Below are positions 8,107 to 15,136 of a stretch of DNA of 36,055 bases, one piece after another (positions within the stretch are counted from its first letter, which is position 1; each line of letters begins with the position of its first letter). The notes beneath the pieces are model-generated. The model did not search any database, had not been told where the DNA came from, and was given only the letters and a program-made list of their open reading frames with translations. Both the position numbers and the translations under genes were made by a program. Source of the stretch: a virus (lineage: Duplodnaviria; Caudoviricetes); IMG/VR virus record IMGVR_UViG_3300020045_015080, positions 1-36,055 of that record, one strand, 5' to 3'.

Positions 8107-9680
8107 TCTTTGTGGTAAGCAACGATACAATCCGTATTCAGGAACGCAAGGGCTATACTTACCGCATTTTCAAGCGCTACCCTGGCCACTTTAGCACTAT
8201 CCACTACACCGGCAATACACAGGTCCTCAATCTCCCCTGTTTTGGCATTCAGGCCAATATTCATTTTACCCTCGCCTTTTTCTTTTATTTGCTTTAAAAC
8301 AAAATCAGAATTATAGCCGGAGTTTTCACAAAGCTGCAAGAAGATACTTTGCAGTGGCTTTTTAAGAATTTCAAGTGGTCCACCGGAAAGTAAATAATAC
8401 ACCCGGCCACCACCTGGAAGGTAACCTTCCTCAATAGCACTACGCACAGCCAATACTGCATCTTCAATACGATCCAATGTTTCCCGGCGCTCTACTTCGG
8501 TGGTACCACCGGCATAGATATACGCAATACCTCCCTGAAGCTTGCTGATACGTGCCTGCAGAAATTCCTTTTCCCATGGTCCGTTTTCCGGTTTCACCAG
8601 CGTATTAATTTGTGTAATCCGCTGATCAATCAGGTTGGTATCACCATGGCCGCCCAGGATCAATGCATCTTTCGCAGTAGCATTTAAAAAATCTGCAGAA
8701 CCCAGGATGCTTTCAATATCTGAAGGTGTAATATTATCAATATTCTTCCCTTCGTTTTCACTGAAAAAACTGGCGCCGGTATAAATGGCAATATCTTTCA
8801 GTACATCAACATAACCTTTGGTATAATTGGGGATTGTAACAGCACAAACCGGTAACTGGATATTGCGCCGGTTAAGGTTAAGCGAAGCAAGCGCCTGGCC
8901 TTCGATATTACCGCAGAAAATTATAAGTGGTTTTTTGGCATCAAACGCATATGTTACAATTTTAGCAATATCTTTTGTTTGGGTAATGTTTTTATCGGTA
9001 ACGAATATATACGGATCCATGTATTCGCAAATATCCTTGTTGTTTTTTTGACCATTGCTAAATAAACTGGATGCCCAGCCATGATCTATTTTCATTCCCG
9101 GGTAAGCTTCAACGTAACTTTCCGTTTTTTTACTTTCCTCCCACATCACTGTTCCGTTTGGTCCAATGGTATCGTAAGCCTGCTTAAACAGGTCGCCAAT
9201 AAATTCGTCATTGTTAGCAGATATGGTAGCTACCTGCTGCACCTTATTGATATCAAAAAGCGCAGCCGTTTTAATTGGGATGGCATTGTGTTTAATATCA
9301 GCAACGCATTGCTTTAATTCCTGCTGCAGCTGGTGTTTTAAATTTACCGCAGTGGCACCTTTGCTAAGATGCCAGTTAATCTCTTCCAGTAAATCTTCAC
9401 AAAGGATCGTCGCAGTAGTGGTGCCATCGCCGGCATCGTCCACTGTTTTCATGCTTGCCTGCCTGATCACCTGGATAGCAGCATTTACGAACGGATCTGC
9501 ACTTTCAATGCTACGGGCAACCGTTACACCATCTTTGGTAGTATAGGCCATTTCTCCCTGTTCCGATATCATCACATTTTTACCGTTTGGGCCCAATGTT
9601 ATTTTTACCGGTTCCGCCAGTTGCCTGGCAGCTTCTAAAAAATAATCCCTAGCCTTCTGGCCATATACTGTTTTCTTCAT
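8103..9680 (-). CDS. groEL: phage-encoded chaperonin GroEL (divergent Cpn60)
   Basis: ITLGPNGKNV, TTKDGVTVAR, AGDGTTTAT, VATISANND, IEEGYLPGGG, VVDSAKVARVALENAVS; no GGM tail. Confidence 0.96.
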   Translation of the reverse strand: MKKTVYGQKARDYFLEAARQLAEPVKITLGPNGKNVMISEQGEMAYTTKDGVTVARSIESADPFVNAAIQVIRQASMKTVDDAGDGTTTATILCEDLLEEINWHLSKGATAVNLKHQLQQELKQCVADIKHNAIPIKTAALFDINKVQQVATISANNDEFIGDLFKQAYDTIGPNGTVMWEESKKTESYVEAYPGMKIDHGWASSLFSNGQKNNKDICEYMDPYIFVTDKNITQTKDIAKIVTYAFDAKKPLIIFCGNIEGQALASLNLNRRNIQLPVCAVTIPNYTKGYVDVLKDIAIYTGASFFSENEGKNIDNITPSDIESILGSADFLNATAKDALILGGHGDTNLIDQRITQINTLVKPENGPWEKEFLQARISKLQGGIAYIYAGGTTEVERRETLDRIEDAVLAVRSAIEEGYLPGGGRVYYLLSGGPLEILKKPLQSIFLQLCENSGYNSDFVLKQIKEKGEGKMNIGLNAKTGEIEDLCIAGVVDSAKVARVALENAVSIALAFLNTDCIVAYHKD

Positions 9681-9934
9681 AAAATTAAATGGATTTGATT
9701 TTCAGTTAAAACGATACCTGGCTCTCCTTCCCAATCGGAAAACGGCAGGCCACAATCTCCCGGGTATATAATGATATCACCCTTTTTTACCGTCATTGGC
9801 GCTCCCTGGTGGCCCGGACCGGTAAATACCACTCTCGCCTGTTTATAATCGGTATTATCCAAAGCAAGACCGGAAGCGGATTTTTGTTCTTTAGGAATGG
9901 GAATCGCAAAAATTTTGTCAAATAAAGGTTGCAT
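9677..9934 (-). CDS. groES: co-chaperonin GroES (Cpn10)
   Basis: MQPLFDKI, mobile loop KSASGLAL, VVFTGPG, VKKGD; overlaps the groEL start. Confidence 0.9.
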   Translation of the reverse strand: MQPLFDKIFAIPIPKEQKSASGLALDNTDYKQARVVFTGPGHQGAPMTVKKGDIIIYPGDCGLPFSDWEGEPGIVLTENQIHLIL

Positions 9935-9965
9935 GCTTCAAAGTTAGATTTTATAACAATAAATT

Positions 9966-10394
9966 CTATTTTTTTTGTATGCTAATTTTTATAGCCTCCA
10001 AATCAAACTGCAGGTTTAGGTAATTGATAGCTGTATATCTGTACACTTTCCATCCTAATTGCTGTGCTGCATTGTACTTTTCAGTATCGCCGGTAAAGCC
10101 TGTTGGCGTAGTATGCCTGCTTTTTTGAGAAAAGATACCTTCGTATTCAAACGCAAGCAGGTGGTCATTAAAACTCCAATCAAATTTCCATTTCCTTTTT
10201 GGATGAAATTTATATTCTGTATCCAGCTGTAGTTTATTATCCCTGGCAAACTCAGCCAGTTTGAAGTTGAACCATTCTTTTTCCTTCGATGGCTTACTGA
10301 TGCGCTTTTTTTTTGGCTCCGCAAATAAATGCTCATTTAATTTTGCGCAGGGCCGGTTTTTTAAATCGTTTAAAGTGAATGGTGTTCCTTTCAT
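9966..10394 (-). CDS. PD-(D/E)XK endonuclease (Vsr/DUF559-like)
   Basis: EYKFHPKRKWKFDW...FEYEG...EKYNAAQQLGWKVYRYT. Confidence 0.75.
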   Translation of the reverse strand: MKGTPFTLNDLKNRPCAKLNEHLFAEPKKKRISKPSKEKEWFNFKLAEFARDNKLQLDTEYKFHPKRKWKFDWSFNDHLLAFEYEGIFSQKSRHTTPTGFTGDTEKYNAAQQLGWKVYRYTAINYLNLQFDLEAIKISIQKK

Positions 10395-10406
10395 GGTTAT
10401 TTTAAA

Positions 10407-10619
10407 TTAATCATACATCCAATCCGGCATATCCCTTTTAATAGCCAGCGGAGCAGCAATACACCTAATACGGCTTGCTGGAAATTCTTCTAAATCAATT
10501 GCTGGCATTTCGCAATAAGGCGAGTATTCAAGCCTGCCGGATCTTAATCTTTTGTATGCCGATTCCCTTTTTATACCGGCTAATTTTGCCCATGTTGTTA
10601 TTGTTACGAATCGTTGCAT
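10407..10619 (-). CDS. small HTH DNA-binding protein (start re-called at 10619)
   Basis: MQRFVTITTWAKLAGIKRESAYKRLRSGRL; the longer 10742 call reads across the cassette boundary. Confidence 0.6.
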   Translation of the reverse strand: MQRFVTITTWAKLAGIKRESAYKRLRSGRLEYSPYCEMPAIDLEEFPASRIRCIAAPLAIKRDMPDWMYD

Positions 10620-10795
10620 AGTTGTAAATTTAGTTACACCGTGTAGCCTTAATGTCGCATATTTACGAGTTAGCCGCCATCCTACAACCAAAATGCCGAA
10701 GAACAGCTTGGTATCTCTTTGTTTTTTTTCCTGTTGCCACAAATACAGAAAGGCAGAATACCTGCCATCGGAATTAACGAGGGCAGGTATTGTCT

Positions 10796-10951
10796 TTACA
10801 TAAATCCAAAAGCAATTGCAGCCGCTTCGCCAATGTCACAAAGGTCTCCGCCTTCATCATCTAGCAATTCATTACCATCATCGTCTAAGTAAAACTTTGC
10901 AATTTTCTGCTCTAACTCATCCCATTTTTTGGCTTTTTCTTCAATAGTCAT
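10796..10951 (-). CDS. cassette 0 gene, 51-aa acidic protein
   Basis: Hand translation MTIEEKAKKWDELEQKIAKFYLDDDGNELLDDEGGDLCDIGEAAAIAFGFM. Confidence 0.7.
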   Translation of the reverse strand: MTIEEKAKKWDELEQKIAKFYLDDDGNELLDDEGGDLCDIGEAAAIAFGFM

Positions 10952-11148
10952 AAAATTTATTTAAGGTTAAAAAATACAAATACATGCTCCGCAGCTTAAA
11001 AAAAACAAAGAAATAATCTGTTTATATCTTCGCATTTTGGTTGTAGACGCAATGTAAAACCGTTCCTACGTCACTCCTTTTTACAAATGCTGATGGCGGC
11101 TAACGGCCCCGAAAACTCAGGAAAGCTAACACTCATAGCCCGGACGGC

Positions 11149-11264
11149 GGCTAACACACAAATTGCCGACAATGCGCCGGTTCCTTCGACCGCAGTACAC
11201 CACTTACTTTATTTCGTGCCTCAATAAAACGTGGCGCACTGCGGCAATTTCGGGGCCGTTAGTT
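11149..11264 (+). repeat. attC-like site 1
   Basis: GGCTAAC..AAATTGCCGaCAATGCGCC / GGCGCACTGCGGCAATTT..GTTAGTT. Confidence 0.8.
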
Positions 11265-11265
11265 T

Positions 11266-12021
11266 CTATTTTTTTTTCCCTTGCCACACATTCGGCTCCG
11301 TATCACCATCGGTTCTAACATTAAACATTCCTATATCCGTTTCTCTATTAAATCTGTTTAAAGCTGCATTGTAATAGTTGGTATCAATTTCGCAGCCTAC
11401 AAAATCAAACCCTAATTTCTCAGCAACAATAGCAGATGATCCGCTACCTAAATGAGTATCTAATACTTTAAACCCATCATTACAATAGCGTTTGAATAAC
11501 CAAGCATATAAGGCAACAGGTTTTTGTGTTGGGTGTATTTTAGTTTCTTTATTCGCTCCTCCTGTATTTGAATAAGAAAATAATGCTGCAGGCTTATCAA
11601 ATGAAGTCCAAGCCATTTCCCATTGTGAAAAGTTTTCCCAGGGTTGGCGTTTATCCCAACAAACAATACATCTTGTAGGTGGTAATGGAAAGTAATTTCC
11701 GCCCCAAATTATTTGATGCTTACTAACTCTAAATAATTGCTCAAAGTATTCAGGTGTAGGCTTTTCAAAATCCCAATCACAAGACATTGTATTTAATGCT
11801 CTATTTTTTAACTTACCAGAACCGCCATTTAATCTTCCTTTTTTTATTTTCACAGCAGTGCTTTCATCTCTAACCCAACCATCTTTACGGTTAAGATTTT
11901 GCCCCATTGACATATTAGGCGCATTGATGCCATAAGGCGGATCCACAATAGCAATATCAAAATGCTTATCAGGTACAGTTTTCATGTACTCTATGCAATC
12001 AATATTTAGTAATTCAGTCAT
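11266..12021 (-). CDS. cassette 1 gene, beta-class N6-adenine/N4-cytosine DNA methyltransferase
   Basis: IVDPPYG, IIWGGNYF, IHPTQKP, LDTHLGSGS, GCEID. Confidence 0.93.
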   Translation of the reverse strand: MTELLNIDCIEYMKTVPDKHFDIAIVDPPYGINAPNMSMGQNLNRKDGWVRDESTAVKIKKGRLNGGSGKLKNRALNTMSCDWDFEKPTPEYFEQLFRVSKHQIIWGGNYFPLPPTRCIVCWDKRQPWENFSQWEMAWTSFDKPAALFSYSNTGGANKETKIHPTQKPVALYAWLFKRYCNDGFKVLDTHLGSGSSAIVAEKLGFDFVGCEIDTNYYNAALNRFNRETDIGMFNVRTDGDTEPNVWQGKKK

Positions 12022-12069
12022 TCTTTAAAATTTATAGTTTAAAGTGCTCCGCGGCTAAAAAAAAACAAA

Positions 12070-12195
12070 AACTAACAAAGGCATTTATGCAAGTTGGCAT
12101 GACAGCGAACTTTGAGCATTTACTAAAGCCTGGCATTTATTGTTTGTGATCGGAAGTACAAAGCCTCCAACCTGCATAAATGCCCAGCGTAATAT
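12070..12195 (+). repeat. attC-like site 2
   Basis: AACTAAC..GGCATTTATGCAAGTTGG / CCAACCTGCATAAATGCC..GTAATAT. Confidence 0.8.
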
Positions 12196-12251
12196 GCAAT
12201 GCCAGCCAACGCCACACATTCGTACTTCGTGGCGGCTGGATGTTCCGACAA

Positions 12252-12677
12252 TCAACTTGTCAGCAACAATTGCGTATCCCCCTGAATGTATTTGTACATC
12301 GTTTCACCAGTTTTTGTAACAGCATACGGCAAAAAAACCTCTGCCATATCTGCAAGTTGTGCTTCTACAATTGCCATTTGTGCCTCAACCCAATCTTTTA
12401 CAATTCTCCAGGCAACTCTTTGCGCCTGTTCCGGTGTACATTTTGAATTAGGCACTTTCTTATCGTTTTTCATTGCCTTTAATACGCCTGAATAATTAGC
12501 CGGTAAAATATAACCAACCATTCTGTCATTTATCATCAGGCAAAAAGTTACAGCAGACGGTGATCCGTTTTCATAATCAGTAACAATTTTATTTGCGCCA
12601 TGTGACACTAAGCATTTTTGTATTTCACTGATTGACTTTTCACAAGCAATCATTGTAGTGTAATTAAGTATAGCCAT
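12252..12677 (-). CDS. cassette 2 gene, phage-type hypothetical protein
   Basis: ILNYTT, QAQRVAWRIVKDWVEAQMA, EVFLPY. Confidence 0.8.
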   Translation of the reverse strand: MAILNYTTMIACEKSISEIQKCLVSHGANKIVTDYENGSPSAVTFCLMINDRMVGYILPANYSGVLKAMKNDKKVPNSKCTPEQAQRVAWRIVKDWVEAQMAIVEAQLADMAEVFLPYAVTKTGETMYKYIQGDTQLLLTS

Positions 12678-12733
12678 CTTTTTTATTTTATTTAATTATT
12701 ACGGTTTTTAAATTCACCGCCCAATGGCACTGC

Positions 12734-12821
12734 ATATTACAAGCGGTTTTGCGTCAGCCTGGAATCAGTATTTAGTTTGTTAGTGTTTTCGGGGCCGAAC
12801 GCAAAGCCGAAAACGTTACCT
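12734..12821 (+). repeat. attC-like site 3
   Basis: ATATTAC..CGGTTTTGCGTCAGCC / GGCCGAACGCAAAGCCG..GTTACCT. Confidence 0.8.
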
Positions 12822-12834
12822 GCCATGCGCCAAG

Positions 12835-13083
12835 CTAAAGGAACTCGGATTGAATGTATAGCAACATATCATCTGCACATCTATCGGTATCAGGCAAGCC
12901 ATTTACCGTCAACCGCCACCTATATCTAAGCCCACGAATGGTATTGTAGCTTTCGTGCAATTCCTCATCTTCAATCCAAAAATGGCTATGCCTTTCATCA
13001 CGCCAAAGCACGGCAGGTAACAAACGGCTTTGTGCTATACTGGCATCAGTAGTTTCTTGGTCTTGATTTTCGCTATTCAGCAT
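12835..13083 (-). CDS. cassette 3 gene, hypothetical; start lies inside attC4
   Basis: ATG at 13083 (MLNSENQDQ...); the alternative start at 13131 is also inside attC4. Confidence 0.55.
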   Translation of the reverse strand: MLNSENQDQETTDASIAQSRLLPAVLWRDERHSHFWIEDEELHESYNTIRGLRYRWRLTVNGLPDTDRCADDMLLYIQSEFL

Positions 13084-13149
13084 AAGTTTATATTTTGAGC
13101 ATTTAGTTAATAAATTCCAGTACAGACACAAAGCCGCCGAACGTTAGCC
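13015..13149 (+). repeat. attC-like site 4
   Basis: AGGTAAC..CGGCTTTGTGCTATACTGG / CCAGTACAGACACAAAGCCG..GTTAGCC. Confidence 0.8.
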
Positions 13150-13410
13150 GCCATCCTCCCCCATCACATTCAACCGGCTTTCAATCTTTAATTCCACCCA
13201 ATAATCGCAATCCATTTTTAAAATAGCCATCATGTGTTTTACCCTAAATGCCACACTTATCCGGTTTAATGCTTTTTCACGCCGCTTACAATTTCGCTCA
13301 AATACCAGGTTAGGATCATCGCCAGGTTGAAATAGTTCATTATCCGGAAGGTATATCACCTCTGATGTAATATAAACGCCCTTTAAATATAATTTCAACT
13401 TACCCTTCAT
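13144..13410 (-). CDS. hypothetical protein; its stop codon lies in the array's right boundary
   Basis: Overlaps the upstream gene; TAA lies within GGCGGCTAAC. Confidence 0.65.
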   Translation of the reverse strand: MKGKLKLYLKGVYITSEVIYLPDNELFQPGDDPNLVFERNCKRREKALNRISVAFRVKHMMAILKMDCDYWVELKIESRLNVMGEDGG

Positions 13411-14164
13411 TGGTATTCTTTACGATTCCCAAAGCTGGAGCATAGCCAAATTCGTGAGTAATTTCTGGCTGAAAGATTTGTTTTTTCGCCTCAGCTTCAT
13501 TTGAAATATTTTTATGCGCAGTCAGCCGGCTCCTTATCTGCTCAATTCCTGCCGCCATTTTTTCGGCACCTTGCATCATCTTCGCATCTTCCGGATGCAT
13601 GTTATCCAATAGTTTATTAGTGCTACCTAAGCTATCCAGCTGCTTTATAGGCTCCTCATGCGCTTTTTTTGCAGCGGCTTTCCTTCGGATCCAATATTCA
13701 TCCAGCATGGCCGTTATTACAGTAATATCAATGCGGTCCATAATTTTCACCAGGTCGCCACGTTTGGCCAGGCTAAACATCATTACATAATCTTCCAGCC
13801 TGAAATTATCACATTCATCCAGCAACATGGATGCCGCTTCAATCATCTGGTCGTCGTTCATATTCCGGACCACATTCACCGAATTGCAAAAATCTTTGAT
13901 CAGCAGTAGTAATAATTTCAGCATCACATTTGGGCCACGTTCTTTTGCAAGGTCTTTAATCATCGGGTATTTAATAATTTCTAAAAAGGCTGGTTTGCCT
14001 GCAGGCATCAAATCCCTGCTTACTGTAATCATTTCCATCTTGCCCTGCATCCGCTGGTTAGGATCCTCCATTTGCAGCAGTGAGGATATCAATTTTGTCG
14101 AAAGCTGTTCGGGTATCGATGTTACCGCCAGTTGGTTGTTTGTTGAAGTTTGATCCTGGTGCAT
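13400..14164 (-). CDS. putative replication accessory protein / helicase loader
   Basis: Directly downstream of the initiator; inferred from position. Confidence 0.45.
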   Translation of the reverse strand: MHQDQTSTNNQLAVTSIPEQLSTKLISSLLQMEDPNQRMQGKMEMITVSRDLMPAGKPAFLEIIKYPMIKDLAKERGPNVMLKLLLLLIKDFCNSVNVVRNMNDDQMIEAASMLLDECDNFRLEDYVMMFSLAKRGDLVKIMDRIDITVITAMLDEYWIRRKAAAKKAHEEPIKQLDSLGSTNKLLDNMHPEDAKMMQGAEKMAAGIEQIRSRLTAHKNISNEAEAKKQIFQPEITHEFGYAPALGIVKNTNEG

Positions 14165-14945
14165 GTTGAATTGGGTTTACGATTTTATCAAATTTTTGGT
14201 TTAAAACTGGTAGCATAAAATTTGCCGCAATCCAGTTGTCTTTTTTTGCCATTTCTAAAAATTTTAAAAAACAAGTTGTAGCATGTTCGCTTGTCCATTC
14301 AAAACTTTTTTCCTTTGTCCTTTTTTCCAGCTGCGATAAAATGTTTTTTAAAGCTTTTGCGCTGGCGCCGTCAAAAGTTGGTTTTATTTGAAAATGTGTT
14401 TCATAAAAACCAAACCAGTCATCTACAAGTTTTTTCCAGTAAAGCACCGCTGTTGCTTTTTTTTCAGGTCCTTTTTTTTTCACCGGCGGTTTATCGCCGG
14501 AAGAAATAATTTTAGTTTTAGTTTGGTTTAAGTTTGGTTTTAGTTTATCTATTATACTGTCTGAACCTTTTTCACCCTTTTGGTTATCCATTGGGTTATC
14601 CATTGGGCTGCCCGATTGGTTACCCTTTTGGTTATCCGATTGGCTGCAAATTTTGAGGTAGTTAAATGAATAAGTACCAATCTGCTTCTTACTTTTACCT
14701 GATTTATATAAGATTAAACCAGCTTGAATTAAATGCTGTCTGTAGTCAATCAGTGAGTTTTCTGATACCTTTAGCGCAGAACATAATTCATCGTTGGAGC
14801 ACTTAAATTCATCTACCCAATCCTCCTCGTTGCATATAGCTACCAGTTCGTAGTATAGTGCCTGCGTTGGAGCGCTCAGGTGATGCCGTCTGCGTGCTTT
14901 TCTTAATTTTTCGGTTAAAGTATAACCATCCAGTTTTTTCCCCAT
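14058..14945 (-). CDS. phage replication initiator (N-terminal winged helix, lambda O-like layout)
   Basis: LSAPTQALYYELVAICN..W...LCSALKVSENSLIDYRQHLIQAGLI; internal iterons. Confidence 0.75.
   Translation of the reverse strand: MGKKLDGYTLTEKLRKARRRHHLSAPTQALYYELVAICNEEDWVDEFKCSNDELCSALKVSENSLIDYRQHLIQAGLILYKSGKSKKQIGTYSFNYLKICSQSDNQKGNQSGSPMDNPMDNQKGEKGSDSIIDKLKPNLNQTKTKIISSGDKPPVKKKGPEKKATAVLYWKKLVDDWFGFYETHFQIKPTFDGASAKALKNILSQLEKRTKEKSFEWTSEHATTCFLKFLEMAKKDNWIAANFMLPVLNQKFDKIVNPIQHAPGSNFNKQPTGGNIDTRTAFDKIDILTAANGGS
14575..14646. repeat. six 12-bp tandem repeats, probable origin iterons
   Basis: CCCTTTTGGTTA TCCATTGGGTTA TCCATTGGGCTG CCCGATTGGTTA CCCTTTTGGTTA TCCGATTGGCTG, next to an AT-rich tract. 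Confidence 0.75.
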
Positions 14946-14950
14946 CCTTA

Positions 14951-15133
14951 CTATTGTTTCAATATTAGTTCCGCACTGATTAATAACTGATCAAACTCTT
15001 TCTCCGATTGTTTGGATAAGGCTAAAATATTCTTCCGCTGAACGGGATCCTGCTCTTTAAAAAAAGCCTTCTGCAGCTTGCGCATATTGGCGCCATGCTC
15101 CAATAGCTTTTTCGCTAAATACACTGGTGTCAT
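14951..15133 (-). CDS. hypothetical protein
   Basis: Packed between the helicase and the initiator. Confidence 0.6.
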   Translation of the reverse strand: MTPVYLAKKLLEHGANMRKLQKAFFKEQDPVQRKNILALSKQSEKEFDQLLISAELILKQ

Positions 15134-15136
15134 AGA

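Larger units (their letters stand above)
10669..13157 (+). mobile_element. array of four integron-like gene cassettes (CALIN-like) bounded by a 15-bp direct repeat
   Basis: GTTAGCCGCCATCCT at 10669-10683 and 13143-13157; four attC-like hairpins; ends of each cassette complementary. Confidence 0.8.

Noticed and set aside
10620-10675. attI site at the left boundary of the array
   Set aside because: Several GTT triplets are present but there is no recognisable L box and no adjacent intI
10620-10742. N-terminal extension of ORF 10407-10742
   Set aside because: It reads across the cassette boundary and repeats; ATG 10619 gives a compact HTH protein
12785-12797. GTTTTCGGGGCCG in attC3 matching the inverted 11104-11116 segment
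   Set aside because: 13 bp only; the attC1 junction explains the segment better and over a longer length
11092-13149. CRISPR array, REP elements or simple terminators as the explanation for the hairpins
   Set aside because: The hairpins differ in sequence, are separated by whole genes, lack U-tracts, and show cross-complementary cassette ends
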